Origin: Trichodesmium erythraeum IMS101
GTDB taxonomy: Bacteria; Cyanobacteriota; Cyanobacteriia; Cyanobacteriales; Microcoleaceae
NCBI RefSeq assembly: GCF_000014265.1
Contig: NC_008312.1
Coordinates: 1,200,001 to 1,232,000 of the forward strand
Direction: 5' to 3'
Length of the DNA: 32,000 nt
Part shown: positions 1 through 9,706 of the stretch, one piece after another
How the letters are laid out: each line of letters begins with the position of its first letter
Position numbering within the stretch: position 1 is the first letter of the stretch
Notes under the pieces: model-generated
Told to the model about the DNA's origin: nothing
The model's database searches: none
The model's input: the letters and a program-made list of their open reading frames with translations, nothing else
Translations under genes and position numbers: made by a program

Positions 1-468
1 CACTGAAAGATTAGGAGAAAGAGTCGGCTTATTAACTTTTGCTGCCAATACTTCCTCTGGTGTACGGGCAATAACTGGCATCGGTTGAAAGCGGTCTTCT
101 TTGGTATTTTGTACACAGACTACACCTTCAACAATACCTTGGTTGAGCATTTCACAGGCGATCGTGCTCACAATACCAGTCCATTGTGCCCCTTCAATAG
201 GTTGTTTTTTGCGAGATGCTATCATATCTTGATAGACACCAAAATAGGTTTCATTTTCATCCTCCAGGTTACGAATACGTCCATGAGTTTGCATCTCCAG
301 GTTTTCAAATTGTTGATTAAGAAATGCACAAGCTTCCTTGACATAATGAATATAATATGTATCGCACAGACCGCATTCGCTACAGAGTTCTTTAGCAGGG
401 CGACGGGCACCTGGTCTAAGAGCTTTAGCTTTTTTGTGTTTAGGTGTATTTGGAGTTGATATAGTCAT
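1..468 (-). CDS. bciB: FrhB-family Fe-S flavoprotein, N-terminal 156 codons (BciB divinyl reductase / 7-hydroxymethyl-chlorophyll a reductase-like); 3' part lies beyond the window edge
   Basis: My own minus-strand translation from the ATG (complement of 466-468), open to base 1: MTISTPNTPKHKKAKALRPGARRPAKELCSECGLCDTYYIHYVKEACAFLNQQFENLEMQTHGRIRNLEDENETYFGVYQDMIASRKKQPIEGAQWTGIVSTIACEMLNQGIVEGVVCVQNTKEDRFQPMPVIARTPEEVLAAKVNKPTLSPNLSV. The blocks C-x2-CGLCDTYY..VKEACAF, EGAQWTGIV and VVCVQ...ARTPEEVLAA match what I recall of BciB/HCAR proteins. It is absent from the ORF track because it is truncated by the edge. Confidence 0.7.
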   Translation of the reverse strand, partial: MTISTPNTPKHKKAKALRPGARRPAKELCSECGLCDTYYIHYVKEACAFLNQQFENLEMQTHGRIRNLEDENETYFGVYQDMIASRKKQPIEGAQWTGIVSTIACEMLNQGIVEGVVCVQNTKEDRFQPMPVIARTPEEVLAAKVNKPTLSPNLSV

Positions 469-508
469 TTCAGTTAATAGTTATCAGTTATCAATTATTA
501 GTTATCTC
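469..508 (-). repeat. Heptamer tandem block (GATAAYT family) ending in GAAATGA, which contains the bciB-like start codon
   Basis: The reverse complement reads GATAACT AATAATT GATAACT GATAACT ATTAACT GAAATGA in strict 7-nt register. The ATG of the last unit is the start codon at 466-468. Confidence 0.8.
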
Positions 509-1145
509 AATAATAGAGAGGCAAAATTAGCAACTTTTATCTAAGATACCGCATTAGACTGAATATAATATAAACTCGGTTTTATATTTTTGTATCTAAT
601 ATAAAGAAAGGAAAAAGTATAAACCAGGAGAGAAAAAACCTGTTAACTCCTTCCCTACAAAAACAATTTATTACTCAAGCTAAAAAACTGAAGAGGTGAG
701 AGCCGCTGTCATAAGTTTCCGCTATACTATACAGCGATCTTTAAATGTTCTATTATCCAAGCTCATCAAAATTTCTTGATCATGAAAAAAAGTCGCGCGA
801 GTTTCTGGTAAAAGTAGAGGAAAAGTTAGAATACACATAAAAATTACAGGGTTTTTATTACCAGTGAGAAATTGTTCTTTGGCAAGAGGTTCAGAGATTA
901 AATAAAGTACTCAGTTTTGTCTCTAATTAAATTGGCAAACTGGTAAGATTATATTTGCTTGCTTTCCCAAAAAAATTAGAGAGGCAAAGGGTTAGAAGGT
1001 TTGTGCGCAAATTGTTGACTTCAGGGGTTACGGTATGCGCTCGCTTCAACAAGCTTAAAAAAATTAAAAATAGTGGTTTAGTTGCTAAATTTGTTGCTTG
1101 ATATTTTGTGAAATGTCTAACAGATGAAAATTAAAAAATGGATTT

Positions 1146-1392
1146 CACTGCTATAAGGTTTTAGGTAACTTAGGTAATGCTTCTGAAACTGTGGTAAAAA
1201 CTATTTTAGGTTTGCTTGAAAATAACGAGCACAATTTGGTAGTGCATCATAATGTTGTAAAAGCTTTGAGTAAATTAGGCAATGCTTCCGAAGCTTTGGT
1301 ATAAGTACTGTTAAACTTAGTTGAAGATAATAATTCGGCTGTATCTCTGTTTTCAAGGTGTTAGAAAAGCTAGACAATAATTTAGAAACTGA
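1146..1392 (+). pseudogene. Relic of a HEAT-repeat (PBS-lyase-type) protein gene
   Basis: By-eye translation gives KVLGNLGNASETVVKTILGLLENNEHNLVVHHNVVKALSKLGNASEALV*VLLNLVEDNNSAV..., i.e. two to three 'ALG.LGNAS..VV..LL.LL.D' HEAT-like units interrupted by stops and frame changes. No intact ORF is present. Confidence 0.45.
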
Positions 1393-1989
1393 ATAAGAGT
1401 TACGGAAAAACTCTGTATGTTAGGGGTGTTTTTCTGCACGATGTAAGTCAAAGATACTGATAATGGAAGACAATTATGGCAGAAATTCAGGAGTTAAGCG
1501 ACAAGGAACAAATGAGTTGATGAATTATTGGTTAAACAGCTCCTGTTATAGCGCCGAATTTTATTAAAAGTAGATGGTTATTCAAAGATGAGTCAAGAGA
1601 CTCAAGAAAAAATTAATCCTGACCCAAAATAGTTTCTAGTAAATGCTTTAATTATGACTTCTAGAATAGAAGAAAAATCTCGGGGTATTGATATCAAAAT
1701 TATAACTTTATAGCCATTAAAGAAAAGGAGTCAAGGTTAAGTTTCTCACAGTAATTTCAGGTTACCAAAATCCCAAAATAATTTTCCTTGATAATTAATT
1801 AAAAAATCTATCTTTTTGCCAATATATTAGACATTAAATCTAGTATTTTTTTTTACAAAGATTAAAAATGATTGACTATTTGCCTTATAAATTAGTTCAT
1901 AAAAATTTTATTAATAAATGATTATTACCCCGGTTTAATTGAAGAGATAAAATCCTGAATAATCAAATTAGCTTGTTTTTAGAAATAGA

Positions 1990-2250
1990 ATTTAATGTGG
2001 ATATTTTGGATTAAATGGTATTTGTAAATTTCTGATTAGTCTAGACCCAGAAAAACTATTTCTTAAATATCCAGTTTTTGCTATTGTAGAAGCTAAAAAA
2101 GAAAACTTAAACGGTGGTTCAGGAAAATATCTAGCAGAAATGATTGCAGGGAAAATATTTGAACGACAACAAGAAAATTATATTTTCCTAATTTACTAGG
2201 TCGTAAAAACTAGAAATATTTATAAATTTTTAAACTTAAAAAATGCATGA
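1990..2250 (+). pseudogene. Relic of a PD-(D/E)XK (type I restriction enzyme HsdR N-terminal domain-like) small protein gene
   Basis: Translation gives [66 protein letters not shown]. It carries an 'hhVEAKK' E-x-K nuclease motif followed by the G.G(Q/K).LAEM and IYG.VT.G..W.FLKL-like blocks of this family, broken by a stop. Upstream, [10 protein letters not shown] resembles the preceding strand of the fold. Confidence 0.45.
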
Positions 2251-3287
2251 TTTTAAATTAATTTAACTGAAGATTTTATTGACATTTAGATATAAATAAA
2301 ATTTTAGATATTTTATTACTGGAAATTAGTAGTAATTTGCCAAAGCAATTGACTTCTGAGTAAAATAATTCTGTTGAAAATCATACAATGGTTAGGAGTT
2401 AATGGCCATTTTGCTTCCCAACATATTTGCGAAGCATTCCGAAGGAAAGTGCCCCGACAATATGGACTTTTATCTTTAATACTGAATAATACCGATGGGA
2501 TAGGATATAATATTGGGTACTTCCGTAGTATTGGCGATCGCTCTAGCCCAGAAAATAATATCACCACTTTTTCGACACAAGATTCTTCTTTTGTCCAATC
2601 AACAAAAATTGTTAACTAGGAACTCTTTCAAAATCTCTTATATTCCGAATTAGACCAATTATCATGCATTGATGCTATGGTTCAATGCTGTTTAGTTAAA
2701 ATTTTTTTTGCAGTTCTGTAACCTCACAAGTTTATCTAATGGTTCCATACTTTGTGAGTTTTAGTCTTATATAAACTGTATTATGCTATACTTATGCAAC
2801 ACTTCAGTTATTAAATAATTAATATAAATAGAATATAAATAGCATAACTTTTTTTGTATAATTAATGCTCTCGAATTGTGTTAATTTTATAAATGTTATA
2901 CGGAGGTTGTATGAAATATCTCTACTTTACCGATGTTCCATGTAATGTCTCTACTACTCCAACCTTGGAGTTGTATATAATCAGATTATATAGTATATGT
3001 TTATCATTCTATAATTACTTAAATATCCCTTACTTTTCTGCTCGTAATTTCCAACTATATAATAATTATTTAACGGAATTTTATATGAGGAGTAGATATC
3101 TTACTAAAGGTGCTAAGTAGATTTTTTTTTGATAAATGATTAGAGTATAATTATAATTTTAATCATAATAATTATAGTGATAGATATAGTTTATCACTAA
3201 ATTTATAAAGTTAAATAATGGCTCTAAATCATGTTATTATTTTTGTTAAAATTTTAAAACAATCTAGAATTTTAAAAATTAATTCCA

Positions 3288-4619
3288 GTGAATAATAATC
3301 CTCGTCAACTAGCTTTTATTATCCTCCAAGAAATATATCGAAAACAAGTTTTTACTGATGTTGCTCTAGATAGACATCTGAAAAAAAATGACTTAATAGA
3401 TGCTAACCGCAGATTAGTTACAGAATTAGTTTATGGTTGTGTGAGAAGGCAGCGATCGCTTGATGCTATTATCGACCAATTAGCAAAAAAGAAATCTCCC
3501 CAACAACACCCATATTTACGGATAATTCTCCATATTGGTTTATATCAATTATCTTATTTAGAACAAATTCCAGAATCAGCAGCAGTTGATACAACAGTTG
3601 AGCTAGCTAAACAAAATAAATTTGCTAAATTAGCTGGTTTTGTTAATGGTTTACTCCGAGAATATATTCGGCAGAACTTAACTATAAATCTCCCAGAAAA
3701 TCCTGTTCAAAAATTAGGAATATCTTATAGTTTTCCTAACTGGATAGTTAAATATTGGATAGAAGAATTAGGTTTAACTGAAGCTGAAAAATTATGCTAT
3801 TGGTTCAATCTATCCCCTAGTATTGATTTAAGAATTAATCCACTCAAAACTTCTGTTGAAGAAGTAGAAATAGCTATGAAAAATATAGGTATTTCTGTTA
3901 GTAGAATTTTGCAAGTTCCCCAAGCTTTAAGATTAAATGGGGCAGTGGGGCAAATTCAAAAATTACCTGGTTATAATGAAGGTTGGTGGTCAATTCAAGA
4001 TAGTAGCGCTCAGTTAGTTTGTTATTTATTAAATCCTCAACCAGGAGAAATAATAATTGATGCTTGTGCTGCACCTGGAGGTAAGACAACTCATATAGGG
4101 GAATTAATGGGAGATAATGGTAAAATTTTTGCTATTGATATGACTGCTTCTAGGTTGAAAAAATTAGAATCAAATACTGAAAGGCTACAGTTAAAATCTA
4201 TCTCTATTTCTAGAGGTGATAGTCGAAATTTAACTGAGTTTATTAATCAAGCTGACCGGGTTTTATTAGATGTACCTTGTTCTGGTTTAGGTACTTTACA
4301 TCGTAGGGCAGATGCACGGTGGAGAAAAACTTTAGAGAATATTGGAGAATTGGCTAAACTTCAGGGTGAGTTGCTAGAAAATGCTGCTAAATGGGTGAAG
4401 CCTGGGGGTGTCTTAGTATATGCTACTTGCACAATTTATCCCTTAGAAAATGAGGGAGTTATTGAGAAATTTTTAACTAATAATTATGAGTGGGAAATTG
4501 AAGCACCAACTGTAGATTTTATGGTTTCACCTTGTAGGGAAGGATGGATAAAAATTTGGCCTCATAGAGAACAAATGGATGGATTTTTTATGGTTAAATT
4601 AAGACGCAAGGTTATTTAG
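3288..4619 (+). CDS. rsmB: 16S rRNA (cytosine967-C5)-methyltransferase RsmB/Sun
   Basis: 443-aa ORF with a GTG start. It has a NusB-like N-terminus, the SAM-binding motif DACAAPGGKT, and the catalytic cysteine motifs DVPCSGLGT and YATCT typical of RsmB/NOP2 m5C methyltransferases. Confidence 0.9.
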   Translation: MNNNPRQLAFIILQEIYRKQVFTDVALDRHLKKNDLIDANRRLVTELVYGCVRRQRSLDAIIDQLAKKKSPQQHPYLRIILHIGLYQLSYLEQIPESAAVDTTVELAKQNKFAKLAGFVNGLLREYIRQNLTINLPENPVQKLGISYSFPNWIVKYWIEELGLTEAEKLCYWFNLSPSIDLRINPLKTSVEEVEIAMKNIGISVSRILQVPQALRLNGAVGQIQKLPGYNEGWWSIQDSSAQLVCYLLNPQPGEIIIDACAAPGGKTTHIGELMGDNGKIFAIDMTASRLKKLESNTERLQLKSISISRGDSRNLTEFINQADRVLLDVPCSGLGTLHRRADARWRKTLENIGELAKLQGELLENAAKWVKPGGVLVYATCTIYPLENEGVIEKFLTNNYEWEIEAPTVDFMVSPCREGWIKIWPHREQMDGFFMVKLRRKVI

Positions 4620-4779
4620 CATTTCTCTGTTTAACTAGCTAAATTTACGATTCATCTAAATATTTCTCAAAATCTATGGTTTATAAATATATTTATTAAT
4701 ATTAAAATAAAAAGTGAATATATTTAGTCAAAAAATTTTTTTATGGTTTACCTCCCTAGTTAGAAAAAAATCCCAGAAC

Positions 4780-5440
4780 AAGATTGATATGGGATAAAAT
4801 AACCTAGCTATATTAACGTTAAATCAAGTAGGTATGAAACCATTATTAATAAATGGTATATCTTTGAAATCTATCAATCAGTACTAGAACAAAGTTAGAG
4901 GCATTTTTTAAGCTCTTCTCAAAGAAAAGAAATCAGGTCAAAGGCTGAAAAAAAATTCTAATAAAAGAGAATTTCAAGTCAATAATTATCTCAGATATTG
5001 AATCTAGTTTGATTCTTAATAATCAAATCACTAACTTTTAGAGGATATTCTGATAATTGGCAAAAATTAGGAGTGTAAACAGGATATTAATTTAGGAAAA
5101 AAGAAGAATCAAAATATTTTTTAGATAGTCTATGCTAAGTTAATATAAATCTTATATTGTCTAGTAAAAATGGTAATAATTAAGGTAATTTTTAGCGGAT
5201 AATCTTATACCTAAAAATTAATTTTTATGGATATTGATGCAATTATTGTAAACAAAAATTGTGAGAAAAATTAGTCAACTTTTAGTGAAAAAAGGGTGAA
5301 ATGGGGTTGGTATCAGATAGGATGTGGAAGATTGATTAATGCTGATGTTAATGGTTCTTTTCTCCTGGTGATGATAGCAACAATCCTAAATACCTTTTAC
5401 TATAGGAGTTAGGGTGTTGTAATTAACCTATCTACGGGTA
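4780..5440 (+). pseudogene. tnpB: Decayed IS200/IS605-family tnpB (RNA-guided nuclease) relic, 5'-truncated
   Basis: By-eye translation across several frames and stops gives:
- KIDMG*NNLAILTLNQVGMKPLLINGISLKSINQY*NKVRG (the RuvC-I 'IDLG.NNLA ... NG..LKSINQYYNK' block)
- KREFQVNNYLRY (KR.NKI.DYLHK)
- ILIIGKN / NWQK / FRKKEESKYF (IVIGKN.GWKQ..NLGKK.NQNF)
- RIILYLKINFYGY (EESYTSK.SFLD)
- GCGRLINADVNGSF (C-terminal NADVNGS.NI)
No intact ORF remains. Confidence 0.55.
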
Positions 5441-5758
5441 ACGCCAACAAAATAAAACTATGGCATGTTTGACTATATTTTTATAACTATAAGGTGACAA
5501 GAAATAGAGAATAAGTCACAGAATAATGTCCTAGTATATTTGTATAGTCTTATAAATTAGGAACAATAAACCCCGGGGGCAAGAAGCTGCTATTGCCATG
5601 CCTCATAACAACAATAATGGATCATCGGTACTGTGTAAGTCTTAATATTTTTTTGCTACAAAATTGATGTTTTTTGTATAAATAAAGACTTTTTTAAATT
5701 TATTTTTTGGTAAAATATTTTAGTGAGCTTATTAAATATCTTAAAGACTCTATAAATA

Positions 5759-6085
5759 ATGCAGCTATCACCCCAAGAAAAAGACAAATTAATGATTTTT
5801 ACTGCTGCTCTACTTGCAGAAAAACGAAAGGAAAAAGGGATTAAATTAAACTATCCTGAAGCAGTAGCGTATATTTCTGCGGCTATATTAGAAGGTGCTA
5901 GAGAAGGAAAAACAGTAGCTGAATTGATGAGTTACGGCAGAACGGTTTTAAACCAGAATGAAGTAATGGAAGGGATATCAGAAATGATTGAAGAAGTGCA
6001 GGTAGAAGCTACCTTCCCAGATGGTACTAAATTAGTGACAGTGCACAATCCTATTATAATAAAAGAAAATGATTTGGCTGAATAA
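5759..6085 (+). CDS. ureA: Urease subunit gamma
   Basis: 108 aa. [40 protein letters not shown]... is the canonical UreA N-terminus. Confidence 0.95.
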   Translation: MQLSPQEKDKLMIFTAALLAEKRKEKGIKLNYPEAVAYISAAILEGAREGKTVAELMSYGRTVLNQNEVMEGISEMIEEVQVEATFPDGTKLVTVHNPIIIKENDLAE

Positions 6086-6565
6086 ATATATGATACCCTA
6101 ATATAGGAGTCAGGTAGAGGAGCGATCGCTCAAGAGAAGTAAAAAGTTCAGAATTTAGCAGGCAGAAAAGGAACAGAAAAGATATTTTTTTCCTAATTTA
6201 AGTAGGGATATAAATTCTATCTAATTCGTAAAGTAAATGGGCTACTTGAAGGCATGATAAAGGAGTTGGAGATCAGAAAAAAAAGGAGGTGGAGCTATCT
6301 TTTTAAGAAGCCTAGTGATTTGAGAAATAATTGATAATTGCTAGAGAAATAGCTATAATTTAGAATCCTATTTGAGCTTAAAACCTAGATTTGCAGGAAT
6401 TTTTAACCTAAAATCACAAACATAATTGACATCCTCCCGACATTAAATCAGGATTTTTTAGTTAGTGATAAAAAATGAAAATGAGGTCTCGGGTATACCC
6501 TCGGATAGGGAATGAAAAAAAATCAACTTCGGTCTTTTAAGCATGGAGCTTCAACGGTCGGTACA

Positions 6566-6593
6566 GATAATTAATAACTGATAATTGAAATTA
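6566..6593 (+). repeat. Heptamer tandem block (GATAAYT family) immediately 5' of the ureB start
   Basis: GATAATT AATAACT GATAATT GAAATTA in 7-nt register, followed by caATG (ureB start at 6596). Confidence 0.75.
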
Positions 6594-6595
6594 CA

Positions 6596-6904
6596 ATGAT
6601 CCCAGGAGAAATAATTACTCAAATAGGTGAAATTGAATTGAATTCCGGGCGTTCAACAATTCAGGTAATAGTAGCTAATACAGGCGATCGCCCGATTCAA
6701 ATTGGTTCTCATTTTCATTTTTATGAAGTCAACTCGGCCTTAGAGTTTGAGCGTGAACCTACTAAAGGAATGCGTTTAAATATTCCAGCGGGTACAGCAG
6801 TTAGGTTTGAACCAGGAGATGAAAAAGAAGTCGAGTTAGTGGCGATCGCAGGTAGTCGAGAAATATACGGTTTTAACTCTTTAGTTAATCAAAAATTAGA
6901 ATAA
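6596..6904 (+). CDS. ureB: Urease subunit beta
   Basis: 102 aa. MIPGEI...[20 protein letters not shown] is the canonical UreB sequence. Confidence 0.95.
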   Translation: MIPGEIITQIGEIELNSGRSTIQVIVANTGDRPIQIGSHFHFYEVNSALEFEREPTKGMRLNIPAGTAVRFEPGDEKEVELVAIAGSREIYGFNSLVNQKLE

Positions 6905-6973
6905 AAAAAAGAAGATTTTTAGGGTCAAAAAATAAGGTCTCAAGCCTTCCGTCTAAAAGGAATAAAAAAAAGA

Positions 6974-7001
6974 AAATACTGATAATTGATAACTGAAATG
7001 A
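6974..7001 (+). repeat. Heptamer tandem block (GATAAYT family) whose last unit contains the probable ureG start codon
   Basis: AAATACT GATAATT GATAACT GAAATGA, with the ATG at 6998-7000. The 20-mer ATAATTGATAACTGAAATGA (6982-7001) is repeated exactly at 27145-27164. Confidence 0.8.
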
Positions 7002-7636
7002 CAACAGCAGCTAGGTTAGGAATTGGTGGTCCTGTAGGTAGTGGCAAAACTGCCTTGCTAGAATGCATTGTTCCCCTTTTAACCAACCAAGGTATTGAAG
7101 TAGCCATAGTAACTAACGACCTACTTACTACTGAAGACGCAGAGCGACTCAAAAGTGGAGGCATCTTACCTCGGGATCGAATTATTGGAGTGGAAACAGG
7201 TAGTTGTCCTCATACAGCTATCAGAGAAGACCCAACCATGAATATTTTAGCAGTACAAGACTTGGAACAATTATTTCCTAATCTGAATCTGATAATGATA
7301 GAAAGTGGGGGAGATAATCTTGCTTCTACCTTTAGTTACGACTTAGTAGATGCCTATATTTTTGTGATAGATGTAGGGGCAGGAGATGATATTCCTCGTA
7401 AAAAAGGACCTGGTTTTATGCAAGCTGACTTAGTAGTAATTAACAAAATTGATCTAGCTCCTTATGTCAATGCTAATTTAAATTTAATTCGTAAAGAAGC
7501 ATCAGTATATCGTCAAAGTAAACCGATTGCTTATACCAATTGTAAAACCGGAGTTGGATTGAATGAGGTAGTTAATTTTATTCTAGAGAGAGTTTTATTT
7601 CGCACTGCTTTGTCAGTAAAGAATTTGGAAAAGTGA
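6998..7636 (+). CDS. ureG: Urease accessory GTPase UreG
   Basis: P-loop GGPVGSGKTAL, plus ETGSCPHTAIRED and ESGGDNL motifs. The ORF track starts at a TTG (6986). The first ATG in frame is 6998 (MTTAARLGIGG...), which I prefer. Confidence 0.92.
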   Translation: MTTAARLGIGGPVGSGKTALLECIVPLLTNQGIEVAIVTNDLLTTEDAERLKSGGILPRDRIIGVETGSCPHTAIREDPTMNILAVQDLEQLFPNLNLIMIESGGDNLASTFSYDLVDAYIFVIDVGAGDDIPRKKGPGFMQADLVVINKIDLAPYVNANLNLIRKEASVYRQSKPIAYTNCKTGVGLNEVVNFILERVLFRTALSVKNLEK

Positions 7637-8475
7637 TGAGCACAAACAATTTGGATATCAAACTAAATTGCAATAGTTCTGGTCAAACTATAGTAACTCA
7701 TCAGTATACGACTCATCCTTTGCGTTTATCTGGTGTATTTCGTTTGGATACTACTGATCCGCGTACTGCTTACTTGTACCTTATTAATACATCACCCGGG
7801 TTATTAGCTGGAGATAACTTGAGTTTATCTTTACAGCTAGAAAAGGGAACGAGTGTTTATCTTACTGACCAAGCTGCTATTAAAGTTCATGCTATGCCAA
7901 TGACAACTACTAAAGCAAATACAAATATAAAAATTAAAGTCGAAGCAGGAGCAAGATTAGAATTAGTAGCAGAACCTATAATCTTATTTGCAGATGCAGC
8001 ATTAGAACAAACTACTTATATTCAACTTCATTCTAGGGCAGAACTTTTTTGGAGCGAGATTATTCTTCCTGGGAGACTAGCTAGAGGAGAGTGGTACGAA
8101 TTTCGCTACTATTTGAGTCAGTTAGAGATAACCTCGATGACAGAAGAAATATGTTTTAGGGATGCTATTCACTTAGAAGGAAAGCAGAATATATTCAAGC
8201 ACAGGGATCTATTTGCTGCAAAACCTGTACTTGCTAATTTAATTGTAGTTCAACCACATAGCGATCTTGAAGTACTTAGTCAAAAGCTTGAAAATCTTGA
8301 AGCAGCTAATTGTCCTGATCTGCTTTTAGGTAGCTCTATATTACCAAACAATAAAGGTTTATTGCTTCGTGCTTTAGCCAGTAAAACTCCACAAATAAAA
8401 AAGTATATTAAATATGCTTTAAATTGTGTTCGTAATTTAACGAACCGCTCTAGTTTGCCCTATATTTCTAAATGA
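7636..8475 (+). CDS. ureD: Urease accessory protein UreD/UreH
   Basis: About 279 aa, with position and size typical of UreD. Its ATG (7636) overlaps the ureG TGA (7634-7636) by one base; the track's GTG at 7633 is an alternative start. The call rests on operon context plus general UreD-like sequence character (HPLRL..., PGLLAGD). Confidence 0.8.
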   Translation: MSTNNLDIKLNCNSSGQTIVTHQYTTHPLRLSGVFRLDTTDPRTAYLYLINTSPGLLAGDNLSLSLQLEKGTSVYLTDQAAIKVHAMPMTTTKANTNIKIKVEAGARLELVAEPIILFADAALEQTTYIQLHSRAELFWSEIILPGRLARGEWYEFRYYLSQLEITSMTEEICFRDAIHLEGKQNIFKHRDLFAAKPVLANLIVVQPHSDLEVLSQKLENLEAANCPDLLLGSSILPNNKGLLLRALASKTPQIKKYIKYALNCVRNLTNRSSLPYISK

Positions 8476-8480
8476 ATTGA

Positions 8481-9008
8481 ATGCTCGATCAAACCAGAGA
8501 AATAGCACAAACTTATTTAGGTAATTTGACAAAAGATGCAAACCTAGCCCAAAGGGTAAAAACAGCCCACACACTCTCTAATTGTTTAGAGACATATCTG
8601 AGTCAAACCGATAGTTCCAAAGGAAGAATTCTCGCTGAATCAACTTCTGGAATAATTGTAGGTATTATTAAAAGTAGAGATTGGTCGATATGCGAAGGAG
8701 ATGTATTTATTACCAAATCTGGTAAGCTATTATTAATTCATCTACAGGAGCAAAAATTGATGGTATTGAGTTTCACCGCACCTGTAGAAAACCACGCCAT
8801 ACAACTGGTTCATCTAGGTCATGTTTTGGGTAATCATCACTGGCCAATAATTATTAAAAAAAATAGAATCTATATTCAGTTAATAGTAGACCCAGGAATA
8901 ATTGAAGCTACTATTGCTAAATTTCAAATTCCTGGTTTGAAAATAGATTATGAATTGCGATCTCCCCAAGAACATTTCCAATTTTCCCAGCATAGTCATC
9001 ATAGCTAA
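8481..9008 (+). CDS. ureE: Urease accessory metallochaperone UreE (short His-containing tail)
   Basis: 175 aa, located between ureD and ureF. It has a conserved HLGN-HH-like block (LVHLGHVLGNHHWP) and a C-terminal QHSHHS. Confidence 0.8.
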   Translation: MLDQTREIAQTYLGNLTKDANLAQRVKTAHTLSNCLETYLSQTDSSKGRILAESTSGIIVGIIKSRDWSICEGDVFITKSGKLLLIHLQEQKLMVLSFTAPVENHAIQLVHLGHVLGNHHWPIIIKKNRIYIQLIVDPGIIEATIAKFQIPGLKIDYELRSPQEHFQFSQHSHHS

Positions 9009-9706
9009 TGATTAATTCTGACATATCCGAACAACTTGCCTTAATGCAGTTATCTGATTCTTTTTTTCCAACTGGTTCTTTTACTTTTTCTCACGGACTA
9101 GAGACCTTGGTTCAAACTGGAAAAATTCAGTCGCAGCCAGAAATTTTGTATTTCTTGCAGATATTATTACGGAACAAAGTTGGAGTTAGTGATGTGGTAG
9201 CATTAATTCACAGTTATCGTGGTTGTAAGAACGGAGATATAGAAGCAGTGAGAGTTGCAGATAGGATGTTATTTGTTCAAACAGCGATCGCTAAAAATAG
9301 AGAAACTCAGCGTCAAAGTGGACGAGCTTTACTAATGGTAGCTAGTTCTACTTGGCAAGATGAACGATTAAAAACTCTTAATATAGATGCTGTTAGCGGG
9401 AATATACACTGTTTACACCCAGTTATTTTTGGTGCAGTTACTTCGGTAGTAGGTTTAGACGAACGAAACGCAGTGTTAGCTTTTTTGCATGGTTTAGTGA
9501 CTAATATATTGGGGGCAGCTATTCGTTTAGGTATTTTAGGACATATACAAGCACAGCAAATTTTACTCCAATTAGTACCAGACATTGAAGCGGTTTGGTC
9601 AACTGCTGTATCAATGAATCTAGAGCAAATGTGGTCTTGTACTCCTTTTATTGATATTGCTCAAATGCAACATCCTAAATTGGCTCATAAATTATTTGCT
9701 AATTAA
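9008..9706 (+). CDS. ureF: Urease accessory protein UreF
   Basis: 232 aa. LALMQLSDSFFPTGSFTFSHGLE is the canonical UreF N-terminal motif. Its ATG overlaps the ureE TAA by one base (TAATG). Confidence 0.88.
   Translation: MINSDISEQLALMQLSDSFFPTGSFTFSHGLETLVQTGKIQSQPEILYFLQILLRNKVGVSDVVALIHSYRGCKNGDIEAVRVADRMLFVQTAIAKNRETQRQSGRALLMVASSTWQDERLKTLNIDAVSGNIHCLHPVIFGAVTSVVGLDERNAVLAFLHGLVTNILGAAIRLGILGHIQAQQILLQLVPDIEAVWSTAVSMNLEQMWSCTPFIDIAQMQHPKLAHKLFAN

Noticed and set aside
85-459. Track ORFs 85..459 (+) and 222..410 (-).
   Set aside because: Both overlap the much better supported minus-strand bciB/HCAR-like reading frame (1-468), one antisense and one out of frame, and neither has recognisable motifs.
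2316-3120. Track ORFs 2316..2567 (-), 2374..2619 (+) and 2893..3120 (+).
   Set aside because: The first two overlap each other on opposite strands, so at most one can be real. The third is Tyr/Asn/Leu-rich low complexity typical of AT-rich non-coding DNA. None shows a motif I recognise. They may be further gene relics, but I cannot support a call.
5635-5648. Possible NtcA box upstream of ureA (GTA-N8-TAT).
   Set aside because: It is only an imperfect match to GTAN8TAC, and I found no -10 element (TAN3T) at the expected spacing of about 22 nt. Such matches are expected by chance in AT-rich DNA. I found no perfect NtcA site upstream of ureA, ureB or ureC.
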